In this document: positions 9,509-19,030 of the stretch, piece by piece
Numbering within the stretch: the first letter of the stretch is position 1
Layout: every line of letters begins with the position of its first letter
Assembly (NCBI GenBank): GCA_963721455.1
Contig: CAVRJG010000040.1
Coordinates: forward strand, 1 to 26,773
Origin: an uncultured Methanosarcinaceae archaeon
GTDB lineage: Archaea; Halobacteriota; Methanosarcinia; Methanosarcinales; Methanosarcinaceae
Reading direction: 5' to 3'
DNA length: 26,773 nucleotides
Translations under genes and position numbers: made by a program
Notes under the pieces: model-generated
Told to the model about the DNA's origin: nothing
Database searches by the model: none
What the model saw: only the letters and a program-made list of their open reading frames with translations

Positions 9509-9907
9509 TCAGGCTCCGTACTTTTTGTTAAAGTAGATGTGAAATAAGGTGTACAGTAAAAAAATTCCGCAGCTTAAATAAGCCAGGTGAAAGCCGAGAG
9601 ACGCATGCTGAAGATACAAATCCCGCATGAATATAAGAAAGGCCCCTGCAAAAGCAAAACACAGGATTGAAAACTTGAGGGCAGCCCCGGATGTGAGGTG
9701 GGAAATATGCTGAATGCGCTCATTCTTAGAGCCTTCTTCCTGCCTCCGTCTATTGAGATAGAGGACTGCCGTGCCCGAAAGGACAAGACCTGACATCAGG
9801 AAGTAGTTTTCTGAAGAAAATGCCCAGCTTGCTCCTCCTGCAATACTCAGCAGGATGCATGGAATTGCACATCTCTTTTTTGTCTGGAAAGCATCAGACC
9901 TATTCAT
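9509..9907 (-). CDS. DUF2178-like membrane protein (divergent paralogue)
   Basis: Four hydrophobic segments, a KNERIQHI motif, and a C-terminus matching the upstream paralogue (YFNKKYGA vs YYNREYGG). GGTGAGGT SD before ATG 9907. Confidence 0.75.
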   Translation of the reverse strand: MNRSDAFQTKKRCAIPCILLSIAGGASWAFSSENYFLMSGLVLSGTAVLYLNRRRQEEGSKNERIQHISHLTSGAALKFSILCFAFAGAFLIFMRDLYLQHASLGFHLAYLSCGIFLLYTLFHIYFNKKYGA

Positions 9908-9998
9908 TGGTAACCTCACCTTTGTATAAAACTGACTCATGGTCTGTCCATTAAACTAAAACTTTGCATTCATCCCGAAGGAAGAATCGGCTTTCTCC

Positions 9999-10382
9999 TC
10001 AGCCCCCATATTCTCTGTTGTAATACATATAAAAAAGGGAATGAATCACAAGCACTATACAGCTTGCATACGCCATGAAAAAACCAAGGTCAACATAGCC
10101 AGGGTAGGTTTCCCTCATTGATATCAGGGCTGCTCCTCCAAGAGCAAAGCTGAGAGCTATAAACTGGAGAGTAACCCAGGAAGCTTTTTGACCTACATGG
10201 CGTATCCTTTCGTCTTCGACAACCCCTTCCAGCCTGTGCCTGGAAAGGTACATGACAGCCATGCCTGCAAGGACAGCACCTGCGGCAAGTATTGGATTTC
10301 CAATCGAAACTGAAAAACCTACGACAGCCCCCATGACCATCACAATCAGCAAGGAAATTATTCTGAATTGCTTCCGCTTCAT
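9999..10382 (-). CDS. DUF2178-like membrane protein
   Basis: Four TM segments with VVEDERIRHVGQKAS (DER motif). GGAGGT SD before ATG 10382. Confidence 0.82.
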   Translation of the reverse strand: MKRKQFRIISLLIVMVMGAVVGFSVSIGNPILAAGAVLAGMAVMYLSRHRLEGVVEDERIRHVGQKASWVTLQFIALSFALGGAALISMRETYPGYVDLGFFMAYASCIVLVIHSLFYMYYNREYGG

Positions 10383-10436
10383 CTGCAGAACCTCCATAAG
10401 TACAGTATTTCAATGTAATCATTAATTAGAAGCCCG

Positions 10437-10520
10437 TGTATGGACTTACAAACATATTGTAAAGATATACGGACATAATGTAATGTTTGCTTTACATAAA
10501 GTAAATTGATAACTACATTA
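10437..10520. promoter_or_regulatory. Four tandem 21-bp imperfect palindromes (TGT-N12-ACA), probable operator array of the XRE regulator
   Basis: TGTATGGACTTACAAACATAT / TGTAAAGATATACGGACATAA / TGTAATGTTTGCTTTACATAA / AGTAAATTGATAACTACATTA, starting at 10437, 10458, 10479 and 10500. Confidence 0.7.
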
Positions 10521-10724
10521 TTTAAAGTTGTTGGAACCTGACTAAGAATAAAAGGGTAAAGGCTGATGCAGAAAGAGACGAAAGAAGAGTAAGAAAAGAT
10601 AAAAACTAGATGAATAGAACGTCGACGGTAATTGGAAAATAGGCTAGAAAAATATAATATAAATAAATAAATAAATAAAGTCAACTGCTTTTTATTAATA
10701 AAAAATAGCGAGAGAAATGGAATA

Positions 10725-12716
10725 TTATTCCACACTATCCTCAAGAAGCGTTCTAACCTCATCAATTTTTTCCGGCGGACTGATTATGAGCAGGAGATCG
10801 TCTGCGAAAATCTCAGTCTCAGCTTGTAGCCAGGAGATGATTTTATGATGACGTGAAATTGCAAGTGCAGACACTTCATAATTCTTTCGGAGATTGAGTT
10901 CTCCAAGGGTCATTCCTGCAGCTTTGGAGAACTTCCCGACCCTGATGCTCCGGATTTCCACATCTGCAAAATCAAGAGCCAGATCGCAGAATTTCTTCCT
11001 GGGAATGTCTGGATTTCGGAGCATTTTGTAGTGGTCGGCACGTAGCGTTGAACCCAGAGAATTGATTTCACTGCTAGGAACTAAGTATCTGTGAAGTACC
11101 CTTGTGAAGAGTTCTATTGAACTTTCAAATTCATCAGCAATTACCTCATTTGCCCCAAAAGCATAAAAATTATCCAACTCACTCAGGAAATGTGTTCTTG
11201 CAAGTATATGGATATCAGGGTTTAATCTTCGAGCAGCTTCAATTATTCTTTTGGAGCTGGCAGGATCGCCTGCGGTCACAACAATTGATTTCGCAGTTTG
11301 GATACCTGCATGTTCCAGCACAGCCTTCTGAGCAGCATCCCCGTAAAAAATAGGTTCTCCTTTCAGTTTCTCTTTCCGTACGACTTCAGGATTCATTTCA
11401 ATTACTATATGTGAGATTGAAGTTGCCTTTGCAGCAGTTACGACATTTTTACCGTTTATCCCAAATCCTACTATAATTACATGGTTTTCAGGTTTCTCTT
11501 CAGATTCGTTTTCTTTAAATTTACTGTACCAGCCCTGTTTCAATATTGAAGGAAAAGGTATTAACTCAGCAGAAGTCGTGGCTCGATACCCTATACTCAT
11601 CAAAAGGGGGGTGAGTATCATAGAAAGTACAGCCACATCCAGAAATTCTTGATATATGATAGAGGACATCAACCCGCTTGTAAAACCTACTTTTGCAAGG
11701 ATAAGAGAAAATTCCCCGACCTGTGATAGAGAAAAACCAACCAGGATCATTGTATGCAATGGAAAACCTATAAGAAAAGTGCTCAAAAAATTTGCAAAGA
11801 GCTTCAGGAGTAGCACAATTAGGGTAGCAGCCAGGATCAGGAGGAGATGTTCCCTTAATATTTGAAGATCAAGCATCATTCCTATTGATATAAAAAAAAT
11901 ACTCATGAACATATCCCTGAAGGGGATCAAATTTCCAAGAGCTTGAACCGAATACTCGGACTCCGAGATGATAAGGCCAGCAAGAAAAGCCCCGAGCGCC
12001 AGAGACAGGCCAACTATTGAAGTAAGCCAGGCAACAGAAAGCCCTATTGTTACAACACTCAGTAGAAAAAGCTCATTATTCCGTGTCTTTGCCACCTGGT
12101 ACATGATGAAAGGAACTACATATCTGGCGCTTAAAAGAGTAAATACAATGAGCCCGATACCCTGCAGAATAAGCTCTAAAAAGGACTTATCTGTTCCCGG
12201 GATGCCTGCGAGGACTGGAATCAAGAGAATAATTATCACAGCGGCAATATCCTGGAAAATCAGTATTCCTAAAGAAGTTCGCCCATGAAGACTATACATT
12301 TCTCCTCTTTCTTGTAACAATTTAAGGACAATTGCAGTGCTGCTTAATGCTACTAGAAGCCCAAAGAAAATCGAAGATTCTTTGGAAGTGCCAAGCCAGA
12401 GGAATATAAAAGCAACAATAACTGTAGTTATAGAAAGCTGAAATCCGCCTCCAAAAATTACTATTCTGCGAAGCTTAAAGAGGTCGCGCAGTGAGAACTC
12501 CATACCTATAGTGAAAAGCAGGAGTACGACTCCGATTTCAGCCAAAAGATCGATGTTTTCTACTTCTCGAATCAGTCCAAAGCCAAAAGGTCCGGCAAGA
12601 ATACCTGAAAGCAAAAAGCCAATCAGTGGGGCTATTTTTAATTTTGAAAAAGTAAAAACTACAGGAATAGAAAGTGCGAAAATGATGAGGAGGTCAGTTA
12701 GAAGGTGCGACGCCAT
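10725..12716 (-). CDS. CPA2/KefC-type cation:proton antiporter with TrkA-N and TrkA-C (RCK) domains
   Basis: AEIGVVLLLFTIGMEFS, LSSTAIVLK, GILIFQD, SQVGEFS, HVIIVGFGING, YGDA and C-terminal GMTLGELNLR. Confidence 0.92.
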   Translation of the reverse strand: MASHLLTDLLIIFALSIPVVFTFSKLKIAPLIGFLLSGILAGPFGFGLIREVENIDLLAEIGVVLLLFTIGMEFSLRDLFKLRRIVIFGGGFQLSITTVIVAFIFLWLGTSKESSIFFGLLVALSSTAIVLKLLQERGEMYSLHGRTSLGILIFQDIAAVIIILLIPVLAGIPGTDKSFLELILQGIGLIVFTLLSARYVVPFIMYQVAKTRNNELFLLSVVTIGLSVAWLTSIVGLSLALGAFLAGLIISESEYSVQALGNLIPFRDMFMSIFFISIGMMLDLQILREHLLLILAATLIVLLLKLFANFLSTFLIGFPLHTMILVGFSLSQVGEFSLILAKVGFTSGLMSSIIYQEFLDVAVLSMILTPLLMSIGYRATTSAELIPFPSILKQGWYSKFKENESEEKPENHVIIVGFGINGKNVVTAAKATSISHIVIEMNPEVVRKEKLKGEPIFYGDAAQKAVLEHAGIQTAKSIVVTAGDPASSKRIIEAARRLNPDIHILARTHFLSELDNFYAFGANEVIADEFESSIELFTRVLHRYLVPSSEINSLGSTLRADHYKMLRNPDIPRKKFCDLALDFADVEIRSIRVGKFSKAAGMTLGELNLRKNYEVSALAISRHHKIISWLQAETEIFADDLLLIISPPEKIDEVRTLLEDSVE

Positions 12717-12969
12717 CAATATAAATTTAATTCTTAAATAATATAAATCTATTCTACCGCTAATTATAAAAATTATTTATCTAAAGATAAGTGTTTAGTA
12801 ATAATAAAAATCTAAAAATTCAAATCTCAGGCAAAATTAAAGTACTCAACTATAACGCTAAATAATGAAGAGAATTTTATTTTTACAGAAATGCACAGAT
12901 CTTATAAAGCAGATAGAGAAATTTAAAATATCGATAACATCCAGAAAAGAAGCATTTGAAAAAATTAAG

Positions 12970-13054
12970 CGACGAGAGGGGGACTCGAACCCCCGGGATG
13001 CGGGGCATCACGGGATTAGCAATCCCGCGCCATACCGGGCTTGGCTATCTCGTC
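12970..13054 (-). tRNA. tRNA-Ser(GCT)
   Basis: Acceptor stem GACGAGA/TCTCGTC plus G discriminator. Anticodon arm CGGGA-TTGCTAA-TCCCG, long variable arm, T arm GGGGG-TTCGAGT-CCCCC. CCA not encoded. Confidence 0.97.
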
Positions 13055-13190
13055 ACAAAGGACTTTAAGGAGCGCGTCCCCTTAAACGCATTTCATGTAT
13101 TTAATCTTTTCCAGGGAAAGCATCTCACATAAACTGTTTTGCCCGAAGTATAACAATGGTATTACAAAATAAACTCTTTAAAGTGTTAAG

Positions 13191-13505
13191 TGATGAGCAC
13201 GCCTCAGGTTGGTGCATCGTGGAGATTCCAGGAGACTGAAGCCTCTTCTCCACCCCGCGGCCCCGCAAGCGATAGTTGCCCACAGTAAGTCTGCTCCCTT
13301 CCGGGCCTCGACCGGTTTCCGCAGTTAGGATATGAAGACCTGCTCTCCAGCAAGCCCGCATACCTGCACCATCCAAGCAGGACGGGGCTTCTCAGTTGAG
13401 ACTCTAGGCTGGAGTTTCTTTGACGCATCTTCCTCTGGCTTCGTCCCCCGCATATCGGCGATTTCGGGTTACAGGTAACGCCGGGCTACCCGGACTAGCT
13501 CATCA
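13191..13505 (-). ncRNA. ffs: Archaeal signal recognition particle (7S) RNA
   Basis: About 315 nt closed by TGATGAGC/GCTCATCA. Alu-domain TGTAAC, a helix 6 hairpin, and helix 8 GAGGCCC-GGAA-GGGAGCA. Confidence 0.95.
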
Positions 13506-13526
13506 GCTATACAAAGACACTTGTAA

Positions 13527-13534
13527 TTTATAAA
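13527..13534 (-). promoter_or_regulatory. TATA box of SRP RNA gene
   Basis: TTTATAAA lies 22-29 nt upstream of the SRP RNA 5' end. Confidence 0.65.
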
Positions 13535-13855
13535 ACTATCCCTCCCGATGTGCATTTTGCAAGGGGAATTCTAAAGGTTCAGGCTGCCTGACAAAAAAGG
13601 GAAAACGGGCAGGACAAGCCTTTTTTAGTAAGTTTTTATCAGAAGGAGTACCTTAAGAAGGGGTTTTTAGAGGCTGCCGGGAGGGTCAAAAAGTGATTCA
13701 AGGAGCATTTATTTAGCTTAAATTATATATAAAGGATAATAAAGTACTATGTTTATTTATATGTTATTTTTCAAAATAATATACAAATAAAATCTCAAAC
13801 GGCTTATGTAATAATAAAAATACCTGGCAAAATAAGGAGAATTGAGGGAATTTGT

Positions 13856-15484
13856 ATGAGATGTGGAGTTGCAATTGACCTTGGGACAAGCGGGTATCGA
13901 GCTCAGAAAATTGACCTTGATACTGGAGAAATTAAAAGAACTGTAATAACTTTAAGGAACCCCCTTCCCGGTGCGAATGTGATGGACCACATGGACTTCG
14001 CAATCCACTACGGGCAGGACCTTGCACATGGGCTTTCCGTGAATGCTGTAAAGAACCTTTTCGAGACCCTGGGTGTAGAAAGAGAAGAACTGGAAAGACT
14101 TTCAATCTGTGGAAACCCCATCCAGCTGTCCATCTTTCAGGGGATTTCCATTGAAGACCTGGCTTATGCAGGGGAACGGAAGAAGGAGAAATACAATATA
14201 ACGGAACAGAACAGAAATGCAAGGATTATTTCTAGCAAAGAAATTCCAGGACTTGAAGAATTTGACTGCGAAGTGAGGGTGCCCCCGGCAATAAAACACG
14301 AAGTTGGAGCCGATGCCCTTGCCCTGATAATCAAATCTGGAATGCTTGACAGCGACGAAATATCGATTGCAACGGACTACGGGACAAATGCCGAGATGGC
14401 CCTCAAAGTGAAAGATATTATCTACACGGGATCTGCAGCTGCTGGGCCTGCTCTTGAGGGGCAACAGATAAAGCAAGGAAAACTTGCATCTCCCTTCACC
14501 ATCTCTGACTTTGAATTTGAGGATGGAGCTTTGAGAAACTATGTGCTCAACGAGGAGATGAAAGCAGTCCCAGGAGACCTTGTGGACCCGGCTACAGGGA
14601 AGGTGCTTGAGGAAGGGCAAATCAAAGCAAAAGGAATTACAGGGACAGGGGTTATAGCCCTGCTAGAAAAAGCCCTCGGGCATGGTCTCGCGGAACTTCC
14701 AAAGATCAAAACACCGGATGGAACAATTCACCTGCAGAATGATATCAAATTTACGGAAAAAGACATGCATGAAGCTGGAAAAGCCATAGGAGCCATCAGA
14801 GCAGGGCACATCACCCTCTGTTCAGCTGCAGGCATCCAAATGGAAGATATAGATACAGCCTACATGGCAGGAGCTGCCGGAACTTATATGGATGCGGTAA
14901 AAGCCCAGAAAATAGGGTTGATCCCCTATGCCACAGGAAGGATCTGTCAGATTGGGAATACATCTCTAATCGTAGCAAAAGAAATCTTGCTTTCCACGGA
15001 GAGGCTCTGGGAACTCCAGGATATTGCAAACAAGATCATCGGCACCCACATAATGTTTGCGACTGCTCCGGAATTCAGGGATGCATATATTATGGAACTT
15101 GCATATTGGGAAGAGGGTATGCCCTTTAAGATGTTTAAGAAATATCTCAAAAAGAAGGGACTTCCCGGGCTCGATGACCCTATAGACAACCCTGTTATAG
15201 AGAAGCGGGTAGAAAGAGATATTCCGGTTCTTGGAGAAGAAGGTCTGTTTGTGCTCGAAAGGGTCGGGACCTATATGACCATGGTTGTTGAGAATTGTCC
15301 CGAATGCCGGAAATGTATTAAAGTCTGCCCCAATGATGCCATAACAATTGACGAGGAAAATAGGGTTATGATAAGCACTGACCTCTGTGAAGGTTCCCAT
15401 TGCCAGAAGTGCATAAGAGCATGCCCTCCTGACAAATTTAACTGGGAAAACCTTGAGGTTTTCAAACCACAGCAGCAGGAATGA
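13856..15484 (+). CDS. ramA: RamA-family ATP-dependent corrinoid protein reductive activase
   Basis: ASKHA motifs IDLGTSG, TDYGTNAE, GSAAAGPALEG, GITGTG and MAGAAG. C-terminal 2x[4Fe-4S] domain CPECRKCIKVCP / CEGSHCQKCIRACP. Which ram paralogue it is cannot be determined here. Confidence 0.9.
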   Translation: MRCGVAIDLGTSGYRAQKIDLDTGEIKRTVITLRNPLPGANVMDHMDFAIHYGQDLAHGLSVNAVKNLFETLGVEREELERLSICGNPIQLSIFQGISIEDLAYAGERKKEKYNITEQNRNARIISSKEIPGLEEFDCEVRVPPAIKHEVGADALALIIKSGMLDSDEISIATDYGTNAEMALKVKDIIYTGSAAAGPALEGQQIKQGKLASPFTISDFEFEDGALRNYVLNEEMKAVPGDLVDPATGKVLEEGQIKAKGITGTGVIALLEKALGHGLAELPKIKTPDGTIHLQNDIKFTEKDMHEAGKAIGAIRAGHITLCSAAGIQMEDIDTAYMAGAAGTYMDAVKAQKIGLIPYATGRICQIGNTSLIVAKEILLSTERLWELQDIANKIIGTHIMFATAPEFRDAYIMELAYWEEGMPFKMFKKYLKKKGLPGLDDPIDNPVIEKRVERDIPVLGEEGLFVLERVGTYMTMVVENCPECRKCIKVCPNDAITIDEENRVMISTDLCEGSHCQKCIRACPPDKFNWENLEVFKPQQQE

Positions 15485-15509
15485 AAAAGTACACTGAAGA
15501 CCTCTTGTC

Positions 15510-15565
15510 AGGCGGCTCCAAAATACCGAAAACAACTATTAGTGAGCCGCCTCTGTGTTTTCTTT
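15510..15565 (+). terminator. Hairpin plus T-rich tract after the ramA-like gene
   Basis: AGGCGGCTC (15510-15518) / GAGCCGCCT (15544-15552) followed by GTGTTTTCTTT. Confidence 0.4.
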
Positions 15566-15744
15566 ACAGGAGATTGTGCTATCGGGAAAAACTGATATCC
15601 GGGAGTCCAAAAGAAATATGTAAAAACAAACGAAATTTTGCGCAGCCAGAAAAAATGGAAGTAATCTTTAACAAAAAAATCGTTTTGAGCGGTTGTGCAC
15701 ATAACAGACACAAATTTTATAAATAACCTCATTGTAGAAATTAG

Positions 15745-15840
15745 TGAGGCATCTAATCCACTTCCACATCAGAAACTATCTACTACATCTCGCCCGATTA
15801 CACCTTTTAAGTTACACAAAGCCGATTTTTAGATGCCTCA
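15745..15840. repeat. 96-bp segment bounded by perfect 12-bp inverted repeats (MITE-like)
   Basis: TGAGGCATCTAA (15745-15756) and TTAGATGCCTCA (15829-15840). Confidence 0.55.
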
Positions 15841-16024
15841 ATCACCTAAACTGGATGAAGCGTTTGATAAGGTATTTCAAGGGAAAAGGTTTCATCTGAG
15901 ATAAACATTTATATTTAATTGTATGCATAATAGAGGAAACTTTCGCAGCCCCCTGATTTCCGTACCAAACTCCTCTTATGCACAGACTTCTGCGTGATAA
16001 TATTCCTGGTGAAAAAGGAAAAGG

Positions 16025-17383
16025 TTAGAGGCTATAAACCTCACGAAGTTTTACGACAAGTACTTCAACCTGCTCCACTGCAGTTCCTATATATTTATCT
16101 GGATTTACAAGATTCTCGATATCCATGGCAGTTAGATATCTGGCGACAGCAGGAGTTTCCAGAAGTACGTTTTTGAAATGCCGTCCTGTGTCATGAGTTG
16201 TCATTGCTGCCGTCCGGACGAGCTCATGGGCTTCCTGCCTGCCTACTCCTCTCTTTGCAAGCTCGATCATTACAGCCTCTCCCATATTCAGGCCCCTGAG
16301 CAATTCCAGATTTCTCCGGATATTTTCAGGATAGAACCTTAGGTTCTCAAGCACGCTAATCCCAAGCTTAAGGATATGGTCAGTCAGCACGCAGGCTTCC
16401 GGGAATACCACACGCTCGGAGGAGGAGTTGGTTAGATCCCTTTCGTCCCACAGAGTATTATTAAGGAGCTCAGGCTCAACCATAGCCCTTACGATCCTTG
16501 CAAGCCCACATATCTGCTCGGACTTTATAGGATTGCGCTTATGAGGCATGGTAGATGAGCCCACCTGTTTTTTCCCAAAACTCTCCTCAATCTCGGCGAT
16601 TTCACTGCGCTGAAGAGTCCTGATTTCTATGCCGATCTTATCCAGAGTCGTGACCGTATTTGCCATCCACATCACAAATTCGGCGTGCCTATCCCTCTGA
16701 ATGATCTGGTTGGAAACATCCACAGCCCCAATTCCCAGATGCTGCATGGTAAGTTTCTGGATAAGAATTCCGGCTTTTCCAAACGCCGCCTGGGTCCCGA
16801 CCGCCCCGGTCATTTGCCCTACCGTCGCTCTCGGAGTAAGTTGACACAGGCGATCCAGATGCCTTGAAATCTCCGACGCCCAGATAGCAAAACGCAGTCC
16901 ATAGGTTGTTGGAACTCCTATCTGTCCATGAGTCCTTCCGCAGCAAACCGTGTGCTTATGGGCTTCTGCCTGGTTAACCAGAACCCTGAGCAGAGTTTTG
17001 AGTTTATCTTCCAGAATATCGATTACATCCTTTATCTGGAGAGCCGTTGCCGTATCCAGAATATCATTTGAAGTGGCTCCGAAATGTACCCATTTTCCGG
17101 CATCATCTCTGCACTGCTCAGAAATAGCAACGACCACAGCCATCATATCGTGGTGGATTTCAGCTTCAATCTCGTCAACCCTCTCGGTTTTTACGGAAGC
17201 GATGCTTTCAAATATAATTTCAGCAGCTTCGGCGGGAATTAAACCCATATCTGCCTCAGCGCGGGCAAGGGCTGCCTCAGTCTGCAGGATCTTGGCAAGT
17301 CTGTTCTCCTGGCTCCACACGTGTTTCATTTCTGCTGTACCATACCGGTAGTCTATAGGATGAATCGCCACATCAATCACCAT
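16025..17383 (-). CDS. purB: Adenylosuccinate lyase
   Basis: HHDMMA, HFGATSND, GRTHGQ and the signature GSSTMPHKRNP. Confidence 0.97.
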   Translation of the reverse strand: MVIDVAIHPIDYRYGTAEMKHVWSQENRLAKILQTEAALARAEADMGLIPAEAAEIIFESIASVKTERVDEIEAEIHHDMMAVVVAISEQCRDDAGKWVHFGATSNDILDTATALQIKDVIDILEDKLKTLLRVLVNQAEAHKHTVCCGRTHGQIGVPTTYGLRFAIWASEISRHLDRLCQLTPRATVGQMTGAVGTQAAFGKAGILIQKLTMQHLGIGAVDVSNQIIQRDRHAEFVMWMANTVTTLDKIGIEIRTLQRSEIAEIEESFGKKQVGSSTMPHKRNPIKSEQICGLARIVRAMVEPELLNNTLWDERDLTNSSSERVVFPEACVLTDHILKLGISVLENLRFYPENIRRNLELLRGLNMGEAVMIELAKRGVGRQEAHELVRTAAMTTHDTGRHFKNVLLETPAVARYLTAMDIENLVNPDKYIGTAVEQVEVLVVKLREVYSL

Positions 17384-17691
17384 TCATGAGATAAGGATTA
17401 AATTAATTTCGGGATATACTTTGAACCCAAATGATTTTAGCTTTAAATTATTCTCAGCGTTATGTAATTTCAATGTTGACTTTATCACAGTTCAATGTCA
17501 ACTTAATTATGTCTTTAGTCCTGGTTTAAGTATACAGAGCAGGGAATAAACAACATAACCAATAAATAAGCTTTGAGTCGGCAGGGCAGTAAAAGCTGTG
17601 AGTATGCCGAAGGCAAAAGAAAAAAGGCTGCGAACTCAGTAAAAGGCGGATTTTTTTGATGAAAAACGTTATATCCCTTAACATCCATTAA

Positions 17692-17892
<201 letters not shown>

Positions 17893-17898
17893 TCTTTT

Positions 17899-18642
17899 TT
17901 GCAGGTGGAAGCACACCTTCAGAAAATCATTGATCAGGAAGGAAAAGTTCATCTTACCCTTATCGACCCGGCGTCCCAAACTCCTGAACGAGCCGCTGAA
18001 ATCGCCCTTGCAGCAGTTAAGGGAGGCACCGATGCCATCATGATAGGGGGCTCAACCGGAGCGTTGGGAACCCTGCTTGATGAGACCGTAATAGAGATAA
18101 AACAGAAGGTAGATGTCCCAACCATTCTTTTCCCGGGAAGTTCAGCCGGGCTCAGCAGGTATGCAGATGCCGTCTTTTTCATGAGCCTCCTGAACTCAAG
18201 GGATATAGGGTATGTGATTACAAACCAGGTGCTTGGAGCTCCGCTTGTATACAGGAGTCAGATTGAACCTATCTCCATGGCATACCTTGTGGTCGAACCT
18301 GGAGGGACTGTTGGTTGGGTAGGGGACGCAAAATTAATTCCCAGAAGGAAACCGGAAATTGCCGCGGCCTACGCCCTTGCAGGCAAATACCTGGGCATGC
18401 ATTATACCTATCTTGAAGCCGGATCCGGAGCTGACACACCTGTCAATTTTGAGATGATAGGGGCTGTCAAGCAAGTGCTTGGGGAAAACAAACTTATCGT
18501 GGGCGGCGGGATCAGAGATGCAAAAGCTGCAAAACTCTGTGCTTCTGCAGGTGCGGATATGATCGTTACAGGCACAATTGTTGAAGAAGTGAAGGACGTT
18601 ACTGCAAAGGTGGCTGAACTTGTATCAGCCATAAAGAGATGA
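17899..18642 (+). CDS. Geranylgeranylglyceryl phosphate synthase (GGGPS/PcrB family)
   Basis: HLTLIDP, IMIGGSTG, FMSLLNS, YLEAGSGA, VGGGIRD and GADMIVTG. TTG start 6 nt after the rpl40e stop. Confidence 0.95.
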   Translation: MQVEAHLQKIIDQEGKVHLTLIDPASQTPERAAEIALAAVKGGTDAIMIGGSTGALGTLLDETVIEIKQKVDVPTILFPGSSAGLSRYADAVFFMSLLNSRDIGYVITNQVLGAPLVYRSQIEPISMAYLVVEPGGTVGWVGDAKLIPRRKPEIAAAYALAGKYLGMHYTYLEAGSGADTPVNFEMIGAVKQVLGENKLIVGGGIRDAKAAKLCASAGADMIVTGTIVEEVKDVTAKVAELVSAIKR

Positions 18643-19030
18643 ACCTCCTGAAAAGGATGATTTCGGATGTGCTGCCTGCTTTTAAAAGAAGAAAAAGCTT
18701 GGTTAACTTAACAATTCTGTTAAAACATTTATTTTTTTCAAATAATTTTTCTGGAGCGCAGGCTTTCTTTAGCGCCCGATAAGTCTCAGAAAATTCCAGA
18801 TATTATAAGTGATTTTTGAAATGGTTCAGGTTCAAATCACATGCAGCCGATTGTAATAAATAGTTATAAGATAATACTTGACTCCTATTTTAGTATAAAT
18901 TTTAATCGCGCAAAAGGGTCCGAAAGATGCAACGGTTCAAAAAAGGCAAATTACCACACGGAATTGGCAGAACTGCAGAATGGACTCAGGATCCGGCGTT
19001 AACTTGCGATCAACACTAAGAGGTATGATT

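Noticed and set aside
10437-10520. Periodic repeats as a mini CRISPR array
   Set aside because: The 21-bp units are contiguous and degenerate, with no spacers and no cas genes; they fit an operator better.
10520-12970. AT-rich-flanked kefC-like gene at the 3' end of tRNA-Ser as an integrated island
   Set aside because: No duplicated tRNA 3' end (att site) or integrase was found in the window.
12865-13428. ORFs 12865..13068, 13125..13376 and 13204..13428
   Set aside because: They overlap tRNA-Ser and SRP RNA; spurious.
13191-13505. RNase P RNA as the identity of the GC-rich ncRNA
   Set aside because: It lacks the P4 GAGGAAAGTCC/AACAGAA signatures and has the SRP helix 8 GGAA loop and Alu motif instead.
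15481-15732. ORF 15481..15726 overlapping the ramA stop (ATGA) and its antisense ORF
   Set aside because: No recognisable motif, and it runs through a terminator-like hairpin; unsupported.
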